64,000 nt of DNA from Eukaryota sp. TZLM1-RC (Eukaryota; Protista; Metamonada: BaSk clade): NCBI GenBank assembly GCA_040285825.1, contig JAUPSS010000002.1, forward strand, positions 1,302,001 to 1,366,000, read 5' to 3'. Positions 25,367 through 36,152 of this stretch are shown here, piece after piece. A program made the position numbers and the translations under genes. Each line of letters starts with the position of its first letter. Position 1 is the stretch's first letter. Under the pieces are notes generated by a model that was not told the origin of the DNA, ran no database searches, and saw only the letters and a program-made list of their open reading frames with translations.

Positions 25367-26260
25367 ATGGTGCTTACTGATATCTCTGATCTAGAAACCT
25401 GGAATATTACCTCTCAACGAGTGCAACAGTCTTCAGACCCATTCACAGTTGATTTTACAAATAACTATGCACACTTCACTAACAACTTGGGTATCTGGGA
25501 ACCAGACTACCAACCAAAACAAGGCCACAGTACTAGAATATGTCTCTTTCAAGGTGACCCTTGTTTGATTTCAGCTGACCTCTTGATAGTCAATGCACCA
25601 CTCTCCCTCACTCCAGATGGTACGTCTTCTCTTTTTACACATGTCTTTCAACAAGAACGTGACAATTTCAATCTAGAAAAAGACTTTGTCCCTTCAATAG
25701 GAGACACTCATACTTTTACCCCCAAAAATTTAAGTTATGAGGTGGTAATGCTTGTTTTTGCTCCTACAGAAGAGTCAATACCACCATTAACCGATAAACA
25801 AACTACTTTAAAGGTTATTGAAGGGAAGGCTGGATCTAATTTTATTTTAAAATCTATTATTACTACAATTTTTGAGTTTTTGATATCTAACAATTACACT
25901 ACTTTAGTACTACCAATTCTTGGAGCTTTTGATTCTCCTTGTTATGGTTCTTCTGGTTATCCAGTGGTCACGTCATCACACGTCATTATTAGGTCAATAA
26001 TGGAGTATTTAGACCTTTTTATGATTGACCGTGTAGCAAGGGTGGCATTGGTTGGGGCTTCTCGTAGACAGACATTAGTGCTGAGGGATCTATTGATGAG
26101 GTATTATCCATGGGCAGAACAGCCTGAGGTTAGTGATGTGAGTGAAACAGAAAGCGATGATGAACAAGAAGAAGGGGAGGACAGTAATGAGGACGATGGT
26201 GATAACAGTGATCTAAATGATGATGAGAATGATGATGAGAATGATGATGAGGGAGAGTAG
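25367..26260 (+). CDS. Macro-domain-like protein with acidic tail
   Basis: RICLFQGD..ISADLLIVNA, TLVLPIL, GYP..SSHVIIRSI pattern of macro folds; D/E-rich C-terminus. Confidence 0.7.
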   Translation: MVLTDISDLETWNITSQRVQQSSDPFTVDFTNNYAHFTNNLGIWEPDYQPKQGHSTRICLFQGDPCLISADLLIVNAPLSLTPDGTSSLFTHVFQQERDNFNLEKDFVPSIGDTHTFTPKNLSYEVVMLVFAPTEESIPPLTDKQTTLKVIEGKAGSNFILKSIITTIFEFLISNNYTTLVLPILGAFDSPCYGSSGYPVVTSSHVIIRSIMEYLDLFMIDRVARVALVGASRRQTLVLRDLLMRYYPWAEQPEVSDVSETESDDEQEEGEDSNEDDGDNSDLNDDENDDENDDEGE

Positions 26261-26639
26261 TTGATTATGTTAATGTTCCTTTAATTATTGTATTTCTTGT
26301 TTGCACATTTTTTTGTTTTTGTTCTACTTAAAAATTTATTTCTATTCTTGTTCAGAAATTACAAGGATTTAATATTTTAGTATTTTTCAGTAGATTTCCT
26401 GGAATTGAAAGAACCAACACCCCTAAAATATCCAAAATTATCTGTGTGGTCCAATTATTTGACAATGCTTTGGTTAATGAAACTATTGGCTCATTATTGT
26501 TGTTGAGTTCTGACTTGTTTTGATAATCTTGGACCTTGATTAACTCCTATACCCCATTATTTTTCTGCTTTGTTTAAGTAGGCATTGATAAAATAAAGGC
26601 AAATTCACTAACTTTTTTTTGAGCTTGTAATTTTATTTT

Positions 26640-27625
26640 ATTCATTCAACAAGAAATATGAACACATAGAATACACAACTAAAACTCCACATCCTCAAAA
26701 CCTGCCTCCCCTACATCAACAGAATTAATTGCTAAAGATTCAGAAAATTTACCAAAAGAAGAGAGTGAATCAGAAATTAGTTTTATTATTCCCTTCAAAA
26801 TAGAAAATACAATCCTGTTTTGCCAATAAACACGATTGAAAGTTCTTCCAGTTCTTTCCTTTACAACTACAACAAAATCCTCAAGGAAAGCCATAGCAGC
26901 CTTACCTAGAGATCCAAGCAAAGAAACAACAAAGGGACATAAATTACATTGGGCATGAGAATTTTCATTAAATGAGGAAATCGGTTTCGCATATTTATCA
27001 ATTTTATATTTTTCGCCAGCAAGAAGAGGATTATTTACATCCGAGTTAATGAAATGTTTGTTAAAAGAATTACAAAGGTCAATGGACATGGTGTCTAAAA
27101 TTGTAAAACTACCATTTAAACCGTGAACAACTAAATCACCTCTTGTCAGTCCCATAGATGCTGTTTTGTAGCGCGCACTATCAATATTGGGGTCATCAAG
27201 AATTAATTTTGATAACAACGGCTCTAAAAAGGAATCTACTCGATATGATTTGCACATTACATAAATTTAGTCCCTAACATTATTATGCACTTTGCTTCTA
27301 AATATAATGAAATGTTCACAGTTCAAAAGATGAGTAAACAAAAGAGGTTTACCACATTTACAAGTTAAATGATTGGGCAAATTGTCTGGCCACAGAAAAC
27401 AACGAAAACGCATGTTCAAAAGCCATTCATAGTTTTTTAACAAAAGTCCATAAACAGAGGGAATTTTAGTTACTAAAGCAGCAGCAGAACTATCACGAAT
27501 GTCCTTTAAAAAATTTCCGAAAGCGGGATTTTCAGTCTTGGCCAAGCCAAGTCTTACTTCATAATCCAAGCCTTCATATAATTTAACCAGATGGTGCTGA
27601 AGCATTTTCAGGCAAAAATTCACTA
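26640..27625 (-). mobile_element. 3' part of CRE-like family C
   Basis: ORFs 27267-27623 and 26679-27257 match the C-terminus of ORF 37023-39038. Confidence 0.92.
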
Positions 27626-28084
27626 ACTTTATCGCACTTTCTATCTAGATTTCTTGAGGTACGGCAACAACTACATAGAAATTAATCAATTGTAACTGTT
27701 GTTTAAATACTGGACTGTTATTCATTTGGACCGTCACGAAGACAGCGGTTTCAGAAGTTGAACAAAACGTTAATGGATATGAAAAATATCAAGTTTTCAT
27801 CTGGGGTTTTCCTGTGGAGTATGCTAGAATTTTTGCCGGGGATTGAGATAAACTGAGGATTTCCTTGAGGTCTTTTATTTCCTATAAGATAAATTTTATA
27901 TATTGTTTTTATTATATTTGTTATATACAAATTTATTTTGAAGAAATTTATTTTATAAATCAATATCTAGGTCAAAATCAATATCAAAAATCGACATCTA
28001 GATCAAAATCAAGAGCATTTTTGACACTTTCCTCTGGACTGTGCTTGACGACCTTCAACTCAGGCAAACTTTTTTTATAAATTA

Positions 28085-29670
28085 AAATTTATTTTCAACG
28101 CTAACAAAACATTAAACAAAAAACTAGAACTCAATATCCTCAATACACGCATCAACATCATCAAATCTTTTAAGCGCGCGATTTTCATACTCTATTCCTA
28201 ATTGTAACAGTGCATTGGTCAACATTTCTGGAATTGCTTTAAGAATACTGAAAACAATTCTATTGTGCCAGAAATTGAAGTTCAATTCTTTTCCTGCTGT
28301 TTCTCTTATTAAATTTCTGAAACCTTCAAGAAATTTAATGCCAGATATTCCAATGTTACCAAAAAGAGAAACAGCAAATGGAACCAACTGATAGTTGACA
28401 TGCTCAACACGTCCTAGCTGAGATAAGGGTTCATTGTACTTTTTGATTTTGCTCTTTTCAGCAAAGCAAAGTGGAGTTTCATCTCTTTTAGCAAAATCAA
28501 TTGCTGAGTCTTTAAAAACATCAACAGTGACAACATCAACAACTTTAATAACACCTCCAGACGCAGGGGTAATTAAATCAGCACGGCGTTTCCCAAAAGT
28601 ATTTTCATCTTCATTTTCAGATGACAACCTTCGCACAAGTGGTTCAACAAAAGCTTCAATGTGATGACTTTTGCACATAGCGTATAGTTGGTCTCTAACA
28701 GCATCGTGAACAACTGAGCGATATGTAATATTAAATTTGCAATTAAATAAATGATTCAGATTAATGAGCTGACCACAACGACAAATCAAATCATTTGGCA
28801 CACTACATGGCCACAGAAAACACCTCATCCTGAAGGCAGTTGTCCATTGATGATCATTTAATAATAGACCATATACATATGGAATCTGGGAAATAAGACA
28901 ACTTGAGCTACTTTCCTTAAGGTCAATTAAAAAGTTTGCAAAAACGGGATTCTTTTCTTTAGCCAAGCTAAGACGAACAGTGAAATCCAAGTTTTCAAAA
29001 ACTTTTAATATCTTTTTCTGCAATTTAGCATATGCAAATTTCAAGGAAGTCAAACTCCTGGGTGGAATTTCTTGAATATCAGCAGGAAAGCATTTGGACC
29101 ATATGTGAGGAGAGATGCATTCAATTTCACTCTGCAAGGACACTAAATAGTCACTAACACAACATTCTATTAAATGTTGGTTTTCAGAAAGACGCTTCAA
29201 AAATTCTAAAACGATATTTTTGCCTCCACCGATGAATGCGGCTTTACACAAATGATTTGATTTGTACAAATCCAAGCCTCCCAATTCTGTGCTACAAAAA
29301 ATATGACTACGTGAAAAGGAAGAATCAATATCGAGCAAATTAGCCAAAAATTTTGGTCTTAATTCATTAAAAATTCTGCAAAATTCGAGAGAAATAGATG
29401 GTAATGTTGATCGTAAAATATGAGTAAATTTCCCTGAATAACAAATCCTGAGGAAAAAAATTTAAGATGTTTTTCATTATTTATATCTGAAAGAACCATC
29501 AATTCTTCTTCAAAATTATCCAAAAGAGAGGAAAGTTGATTTCGAATTTCATCAAAATTGCCTAAATATCAACCTAAAAAACGAAATCCTGATTCAAAAT
29601 AATTGATAAAAGGAACACTTTGATCATCAATTATGAGATCAGCAGGCTCTCTACCAATCAATAAACATAC
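28085..29670 (-). mobile_element. CRE-like family D, 5'-truncated (thumb + CCHC + REL)
   Basis: CRCGQ..HLFNC, VHDAVRD, RRADL, VDVVTVD, KIKKY; decayed CLLIG..FRFLG upstream. Confidence 0.92.
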
Positions 29671-29895
29671 TTGCAGGAGACTTTTCTAATGGTGGTAAAG
29701 ACTTTAACCCAGACCCTTCTACTTCACCAGAGACTGTGTTATCGTTACAAAAAGCAGAACCGGATCGAAGGAAAAGAAATGAGTCAACTTTTTCAACTTC
29801 TTCTTTTCCTTCTTGCATTTCGTTCGGTAGCGGAGACGAAAGAAGAGGAGATGGGTGAGCAGAGGGCGGAGAAGGAGTGGAAGAGAGGCACTTCG

Positions 29896-30312
29896 AAATG
29901 AACTGGGGATAAATGGAGAGCTATAGTTACAAAGGGGACATTTCCAGTGTTTTTCAAAGAACTGATTAGTTATAGATGCATTAGTGAAGCACCATTTGTT
30001 GGCACATCGTTGGTGAAAGATTTGGTAGCAGTTTGGACAAGCAGAGACAACATGAATTGTGTCTCATGAAGGATAGGCAAATAGGACACTTACTCTCCTT
30101 GTGTATCTCCTGGATAATGGACTTAGTACGTTCTGGGTAATCCAAGGGAGCAGGAGGAAGAGTTAGTGCGGATTTGGATGAGCGTTTAGAGTGTTGTCGT
30201 TTTTTACGATTGCAGGACATCAGCTAACAGCACACTAATGGCAAATAGTAGTAACCAGTTGAGAAAATTGGAGGATGTAGATGAAATAAATCAACTTTCA
30301 TTTTCAGAACTT
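29896..30312 (-). pseudogene. Partial duplicate of the NFX1 5' end (upstream region + ~108 codons, frameshifted)
   Basis: Near-identical to 48368-48783. Confidence 0.92.
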
Positions 30313-30681
30313 GAGGTTCATTTCGGGTTCAGGTTGTTGAGTTCCAAAAGGGTATGTTGTCGAAGATGAAAATTGAGTCGAAACTAAATAACTAAGGCTG
30401 AACGAAAAGTATAAGTGATGAAATGAAATTCAAGTGCGAATCTGGAATATGATAACAACCCAACCAAATTCCACTCACCAACTTTTGTAGCATGTAGTTC
30501 TTGCCTGAAGAAAGGAAAACATTCAGAAAATATTCTTGAACGATATATATCATTAAAGAACACTTGTAACTAACTTTACTTTGAATAGACAACTATAAGA
30601 TTGATTGATTTCAACAGATTTTCATTTTTAGGAAACAAATTTTCAATCATTTCTGACTGTTTCCGTTCTGTGTTAACGGCC

Positions 30682-32541
30682 ATGGATAACGTTCTACAAA
30701 CTACAACTGTGGGAGCGTCGGTCAACCAGTTCTTCGACTCAATAGCACAAAAAGCTATGGAACGCCAGTTCCAAGTTCTTGCTAGTATTGGAGATCATGC
30801 TACTCAGCTAGCACGACTCTTTGTGCTCCAATACCCAGAACACTCTATGTAGCGTACTCAAAGCCAATTCTGGAGCCTCTGTTTCGACTTTGTTTGCCAC
30901 AGTGAGCCCAAACAAAGAAGGCCATTTGAAAATCATCCTTTGGTTCACCAAGCGTTGCAACACCTTGTTCAGCACTTTTGGTCCTGACTACCGCTGAATG
31001 AAACCACCTCAGCCGACGGTGGTAGATTTTGCTGTTTTCCACTCTTCTTAACAGCCAACTGCGAGAATTTTTTTTGTCAGTTGCTCGCTGATGGCTGTGA
31101 TGTCGGGAAACGCAATTTTTTCAGAAACTGTGCTCAGTTTCTAAATTGCCCCTGGCCCAAGAGGTACGCCGACTGTGTACTTCAAGGAATTCAGCAAGAT
31201 GAGTCAATTTTGCAATAATATCAAGAAATACACCAGCATATTTTGGTTCATTGGCTCATTATGATAGCCAACGCCTATATTGGTGGCTGTGAAAATTTGT
31301 TCGAAAATTCAAAAACTAACGATTTCCCATCAATATGGAGTTTGCGGCAACAATCTCTCAATCTGGTTTGAATATTTAATCTTTTTTAGAAGATAACGCC
31401 CCTGATGAGATGAAAAGGCACTCTCTCTCCACTGTCCAGTTGGTCTCCATGCTTCTGCAGCTTGACCCAGAAAAAAGAAGCTTATTTCACAAAACTAAAT
31501 GAAAACAAAAAGCTTCTGAACAACCCCTATCGGTTTTTTGATAAATCCAAATTTGTTAACTACGGCATTTTTTCAAATGGTGATTATTTGCGGTTTACGT
31601 TTACCCAGAAGGAAAGAAAAACTTTTAGAAAGTCAAGTAAAGCGGAATTTGAGCTTAGGCGAGGCTCTGGAAACTATGATTTTCATAACTCTGAAAGGAA
31701 GCGAAACTCCAATGTCCATAGAACACAAAATCCACAGAGAAGACCACGGTTACCAGTGGAACAACAGCCCAATTACAGAGATCCTGATGAAAATTTGTTT
31801 TTTGTAGCCATTGATCCAAACCACAACAATCTTTGTGGTTGGACTTCTGATTCTTTCCGAAATTCTGCTAGTGTTTTTGAACGTTCTAGACTGCTACTGA
31901 ATCCTAACTGAAGACTAAATCACCCTCCTCTTCTCACTCAAGCAACTCCTAACACTTATTCCGCTCAGAGCTTCCAAGAGTATCTGATTGAAATAAGTTT
32001 ACCTTATGTTCCTGAATCTGAGGAAGAGCCTGAATATGCTTCAATTATGTCTGGAAATTTGCAGCGTGGTGCAAGAAAAAAGTTGAGAAAAAATAAGTTT
32101 GATTTCTTCATATAAAGGCAAAAGAGAATAACTAGTTTTATTAACAAAATTAAACGCTTGTCTGAAGGAAGAAACACTATAGTTTGGTTCAGTAATGGCG
32201 GCGGTGGTCCATCTCGTCAATCTGTGAAATCCCCCCAAAAGAGATTTCTCAAACAAATCAAAAAACACTTTGAAAGTGTCAAAGTCGGGGACGAGTTTAT
32301 GACCTCAGCAAAAGTGAATTGCTGTAAGGTCTTTCATAGAAAGATCTACCATGATGACGGAAGGGTAAATAACGCTAAGTTCGATTGTCATCGATGTTAG
32401 ACCAACTGGTCTAGGGACATCTCAGCCTCCATAAACCAGCTGGAGATTGCAATGAGTGAGTAGTTCACTGGTACTAGGCCAGAACCATTCAGAAGGCCAA
32501 GGTGTGTGAGACGTCTAAGAAGACAGCAGTGGCTGTTTTAA
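30682..32541 (+). pseudogene. Fanzor1-type RNA-guided endonuclease (eukaryotic TnpB), disrupted
   Basis: RuvC-I FVAIDPNHNNL; IVWFSNG..SPQKRF; RuvC-II DEFMTSAKVNCC; Zn finger CHRC; RuvC-III WSRDISASIN; C-terminal RPEPFRR; several stops and frameshifts. Confidence 0.85.
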
Positions 32542-32689
32542 TCAACGTATTTCCAAGGTGTTTAGTGTATACTATCCCTTGGTGCTGAAAAGTTTACACA
32601 ATTATTAGGAATATTTATTCAATATTCACCCTGTGTGAAATTCTCAGAGGAGTACCGGTGGAGTATGCCTTTCAAATGAAAACCCCAGA
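32542..32689 (+). ncRNA. Candidate Fanzor omegaRNA scaffold / element right end
   Basis: Three consecutive stem-loops (32553-32582, 32585-32647, 32648-32670) directly after the Fanzor stop, ending in GAAAACCCCAGA. Confidence 0.5.
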
Positions 32690-32782
32690 ATAATCACCCA
32701 TTTCGTCATTTATTTCCTACATCTACATCCTCCAATAATCTCAACTGGTTACTACTATTTGACATTTGTGTGCTATTAGCTT

Positions 32783-34045
32783 ATGTCAGAACAACTAGAC
32801 TCAGCTGAGCTGTCTGTCATAGACTCTTCAATCTTCACCGACGACAGCTACTTTGATTATTTGCTTACGTGCCCTAACATTGAAGATGCTGATCCATTCT
32901 TTCCAGATGAAAAGTTTTCTGATTTACCTTCATGGTCTAGTAAATCTTATACAACGTCTTCATTCTTTCAAAATCTTCATGACGAAATAAAAGACTTTGT
33001 CCACTATTCTAGACCCACATCCTACGAAATTCTGATGCGAATGCGTCTGCTTGAACGACTCGAGAATATCCTCACTCACATATTCCCCAACTCCAAAGTC
33101 TTTACTTATGGATCAACCTACACTGGTCTTTACCTTCCCAACGCTGACATTGATATCGTCTGCATCATTCAAGATGTAGAAGCTTGTCCCTCTCTAGCTG
33201 TGAATCAAGTTTGTGGTGTTTTGGAATCACATAACTTTCTTCACATTCAAGCTCTCACCAGTGCCCATGTTCCAATAGCCAAGGCCATAGACCCCATCAC
33301 AAAGATTAAGATCGACATTTCATTCCAAGCAAAGAGTGGCGTTGATAGCTCTCGTCAAGTTAAGAAACTAACAGCTGAGAATCCAGCATCCATTCCTCTG
33401 TATCTAGTGTTAAAAAGATTTCTTCAGCAAAGGGGATTGAATGACGTCTTTTCTGGAGGATTGGGTTCATATGGTCTTTTTCTTTCTATTATTGGCTTTT
33501 TAAAACTTTATTCGGTGGCTTTTGCCTACCAATCTGATGGGGAATTGAATCTAGGACGACTATTACTGGACTACTTTGATTTTTATTGCTTTAAATTCAA
33601 CTCAGATTCCCTTGGAATTACTTTATCAAACCAAAATGCAACCATATTCCCTAAACACACCCACTTCACTAGTGATAAGCAAAACCTTTGTATAGAAGAT
33701 CCCACTGATGAGACTAATGATGTCTGTAGAGGAACTTATAATTGGAGAAAGGTTCTTCATGCGTATGAACTGGCTTATAAACATTTGGTTGCTCTTAGCA
33801 GGAATTGCACATTGCATTCTGGAACAATTCTTTCTTCAATTCTTTGGTACTCTGCTCAGGAGAGGCGAACAAGAGTTCAGTCAGTAGTTTGTTTCATGAG
33901 AGAGGAAGGGGTAGGATTGGTACAGGAAACTGCTGAGAAGGTGTCACGTTTATCAGTTGATGTGATATTGGAGGAATTTTTCAAGAATAAAGCTCACAAA
34001 ACTAGAAGAGGGGCTCAATATGGACAAAAGAGAGTCAAGAGTTGA
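32783..34045 (+). CDS. TRF4: Non-canonical poly(A) polymerase Trf4/PAPD5 (TENT4)
   Basis: LHDEIKDFVHY, YGSTYTGLYLPNADIDIV, AHVPIAK, FLQQRGLNDVFSGGLGSY, LCIEDPTDETNDV. Confidence 0.95.
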   Translation: MSEQLDSAELSVIDSSIFTDDSYFDYLLTCPNIEDADPFFPDEKFSDLPSWSSKSYTTSSFFQNLHDEIKDFVHYSRPTSYEILMRMRLLERLENILTHIFPNSKVFTYGSTYTGLYLPNADIDIVCIIQDVEACPSLAVNQVCGVLESHNFLHIQALTSAHVPIAKAIDPITKIKIDISFQAKSGVDSSRQVKKLTAENPASIPLYLVLKRFLQQRGLNDVFSGGLGSYGLFLSIIGFLKLYSVAFAYQSDGELNLGRLLLDYFDFYCFKFNSDSLGITLSNQNATIFPKHTHFTSDKQNLCIEDPTDETNDVCRGTYNWRKVLHAYELAYKHLVALSRNCTLHSGTILSSILWYSAQERRTRVQSVVCFMREEGVGLVQETAEKVSRLSVDVILEEFFKNKAHKTRRGAQYGQKRVKS

Positions 34046-34233
34046 ACAATTAAGGTCAAAGTAATTGAATATTTTCCGTACTAATAACCAATAACTACTA
34101 TATTGATGATATTTATTCCAATTTTTGTGTTCCTTTTTCAGTATTTTTTATCAATAACGCATTTGAAGCAAAATTATTTGTTCAAATACAATAAATCCAT
34201 TTTTTCTTTGTTTTGGAATTCAGTTGATAGAGA

Positions 34234-34635
34234 TTACTGATGCTGCTCTTCAAAGAACCGATAAACTTCTTTAGCACGTACTTGTTCCACTTGGTTAAAG
34301 GTAGTTACCTGGGCTGCAGAATGTTTATTCTCTTGATTAACTCTCAACTCTTGTCTTTTGTTTCTTCTTTTTTGAATGGATTCAGCAATATCCTGAGGTG
34401 ACTGAGCAGATGTTGGCTCGGTTTTCTTTAAAACAGAAACAATATGATGTGACGTTTGCGAGTCTTTGTTTAAACTCGGCGAGTATGAGGTCTCAGGTAC
34501 ATATGGCTTAGTGGACTGCATTTGTGGAGATTTCAGGGACTGGCGAGGAGTAGTAGTCAATGCAGTCGAAGTTGTATCTTCCCTGCTTTTTTGCAACCTA
34601 GAAAGCAAGGATTGCACACGATCCGGTTCGGTCAT
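34234..34635 (-). CDS. Hypothetical protein (~133 aa)
   Basis: ATG at 34635 (MTEPDRVQ), host-like composition, AT-rich flanks. Confidence 0.6.
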   Translation of the reverse strand: MTEPDRVQSLLSRLQKSREDTTSTALTTTPRQSLKSPQMQSTKPYVPETSYSPSLNKDSQTSHHIVSVLKKTEPTSAQSPQDIAESIQKRRNKRQELRVNQENKHSAAQVTTFNQVEQVRAKEVYRFFEEQHQ

Positions 34636-34734
34636 GCTGATGATTGAGAAACGAGTCAAGAGGGTCTATTAATAAAATAAGTGCAATAAAATTGGAAAAA
34701 ATTTAAAAAAATTATTTGAACTACATCAATAATA

Positions 34735-35780
34735 AACAATTCTGATTTTAAAAATGCCTTCAATTCTGTACATCGAAGTGCAGTTTATAATGTTATTCAA
34801 AAAGAATTTCCAGAATTACCCAGCTATTTTTATTTATTTAATGGCAAAGCCAGTGAACTATTTTGTGAATCTTATACACTATTCTCGTCTTCTGGAGTTA
34901 TGCAAGGTTATCTTCTTGGGCCTTTACTGTTTTGTTTAACATTTCACAAGTCTTTGATTCATTTCAGTAAACGTTATTCTATGTTGAAAGTAGTAGAATA
35001 CATGAATGATATTTCAATTATTGGCCATTGAATGTTTTTAATGAAATTGCCGTTGAAGCTCCACCTTTTTACAAAATGATTGGTCTTTTGCTCAACCCTG
35101 ACAAATGTCTGCTCATAGAAAATGTAAAAAATAGTTCAACCAGTGATATTGTTGAAATTCCTTTTGTAAACTAATCCTCAGATGCTTGAAAATGTTCCCA
35201 AAACTACCGAGGAATTGAATAATCTTTTATTGAAATTGGGTTCTGAACTTGATACAATTTCTTCATTTGAATTAGAGAAACATAATAAATTTTTTTTCTT
35301 AAAAATTTGTTACTCAGGTAAAATTACTCACATTTTAAGAACAACTTCTCCAGGTATTTCACGTGAGTTTTGCCGTTCTTTTAACTACTTAAGAACAAAT
35401 TTTTTTTGCATCTTTGATTGATGTCAATCCTGAGCTAATTCGAAGTCATGTATTTTGATCATCTAATTTTGGTGGTTTTAATTTCACTAAATCGTTTATT
35501 CTCTGTCAAGCTAATTTTCCTGGTGGAGGGAAAAAATTTTTTTTAATTTTGCAACCGTTTTCCAAATGATGTTGATTTACTGAATTCTAGAAGAAAAAAT
35601 TATTCAAGAGACCTTGAAAATGATCTTGATTGTTTGCCTTCTGAAATCTAGAGTAAATGCTTTCCCGATATTGTGCAGGAAATACCACCTAAAACACTAG
35701 TTGATTTGAGGTATTGTGTTAAAAAATTGCAACAAAAATTAACAATAATTTTTGAAGACTTGGATTTTAATGTTCGTCTT
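34735..35780 (+). mobile_element. Degenerate CRE-like family E RT fragment
   Basis: DFKNAFNSVHRS, KICYSGKITHILR; colinear with about 62400-63445. Confidence 0.9.
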
Positions 35781-35839
35781 ACACAATATCCAAAGTTATA
35801 TCCATACGCAAAATACTGAAAATAGCATTTTTACACTTT

Positions 35840-36152
35840 ATGGACAACAGACGTTGTTAAAGACAAAATAGTACTGTGTATTGGGGACTTGGGTCATAAA
35901 CCAATCAGTAATTTCAAACATAGTCCCCCTTCCAATAGATGGGTTAGTTGTTTTATTAGACAAAGTTTTGAAACTGTTCTAATAGACGAAAGCCAAACTT
36001 CTTCAAAATGTCCTAATATAGGAGCAGTGAAGGCAAAATATTGGAATACGAACAAGATGGATTGTTTGAAAATGTTGAATGTATTTGATCACTGGTTGTG
36101 TGGTGAAGACAGAAGGCCTGTCATTCTTAGGACTTGGTCTATTTTTACTGAC
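35840..36152 (+). pseudogene. Fanzor1-type fragment (RuvC-II half), split by an LTR element
   Basis: KIVLCIGDLG..PP..FETVLIDESQTSSKCP. Confidence 0.8.

Noticed and set aside
30682-32541. Stop-codon reassignment explaining in-frame stops
   Set aside because: Host genes end in TAA, TAG and TGA, and the affected elements also carry frameshifts; decay is sufficient
30216-32787. 68-nt inverted repeats as TIRs of the Fanzor element
   Set aside because: They include host start codons, a copy precedes intact NFX1 with no Fanzor, and better end candidates exist (27800/32689)
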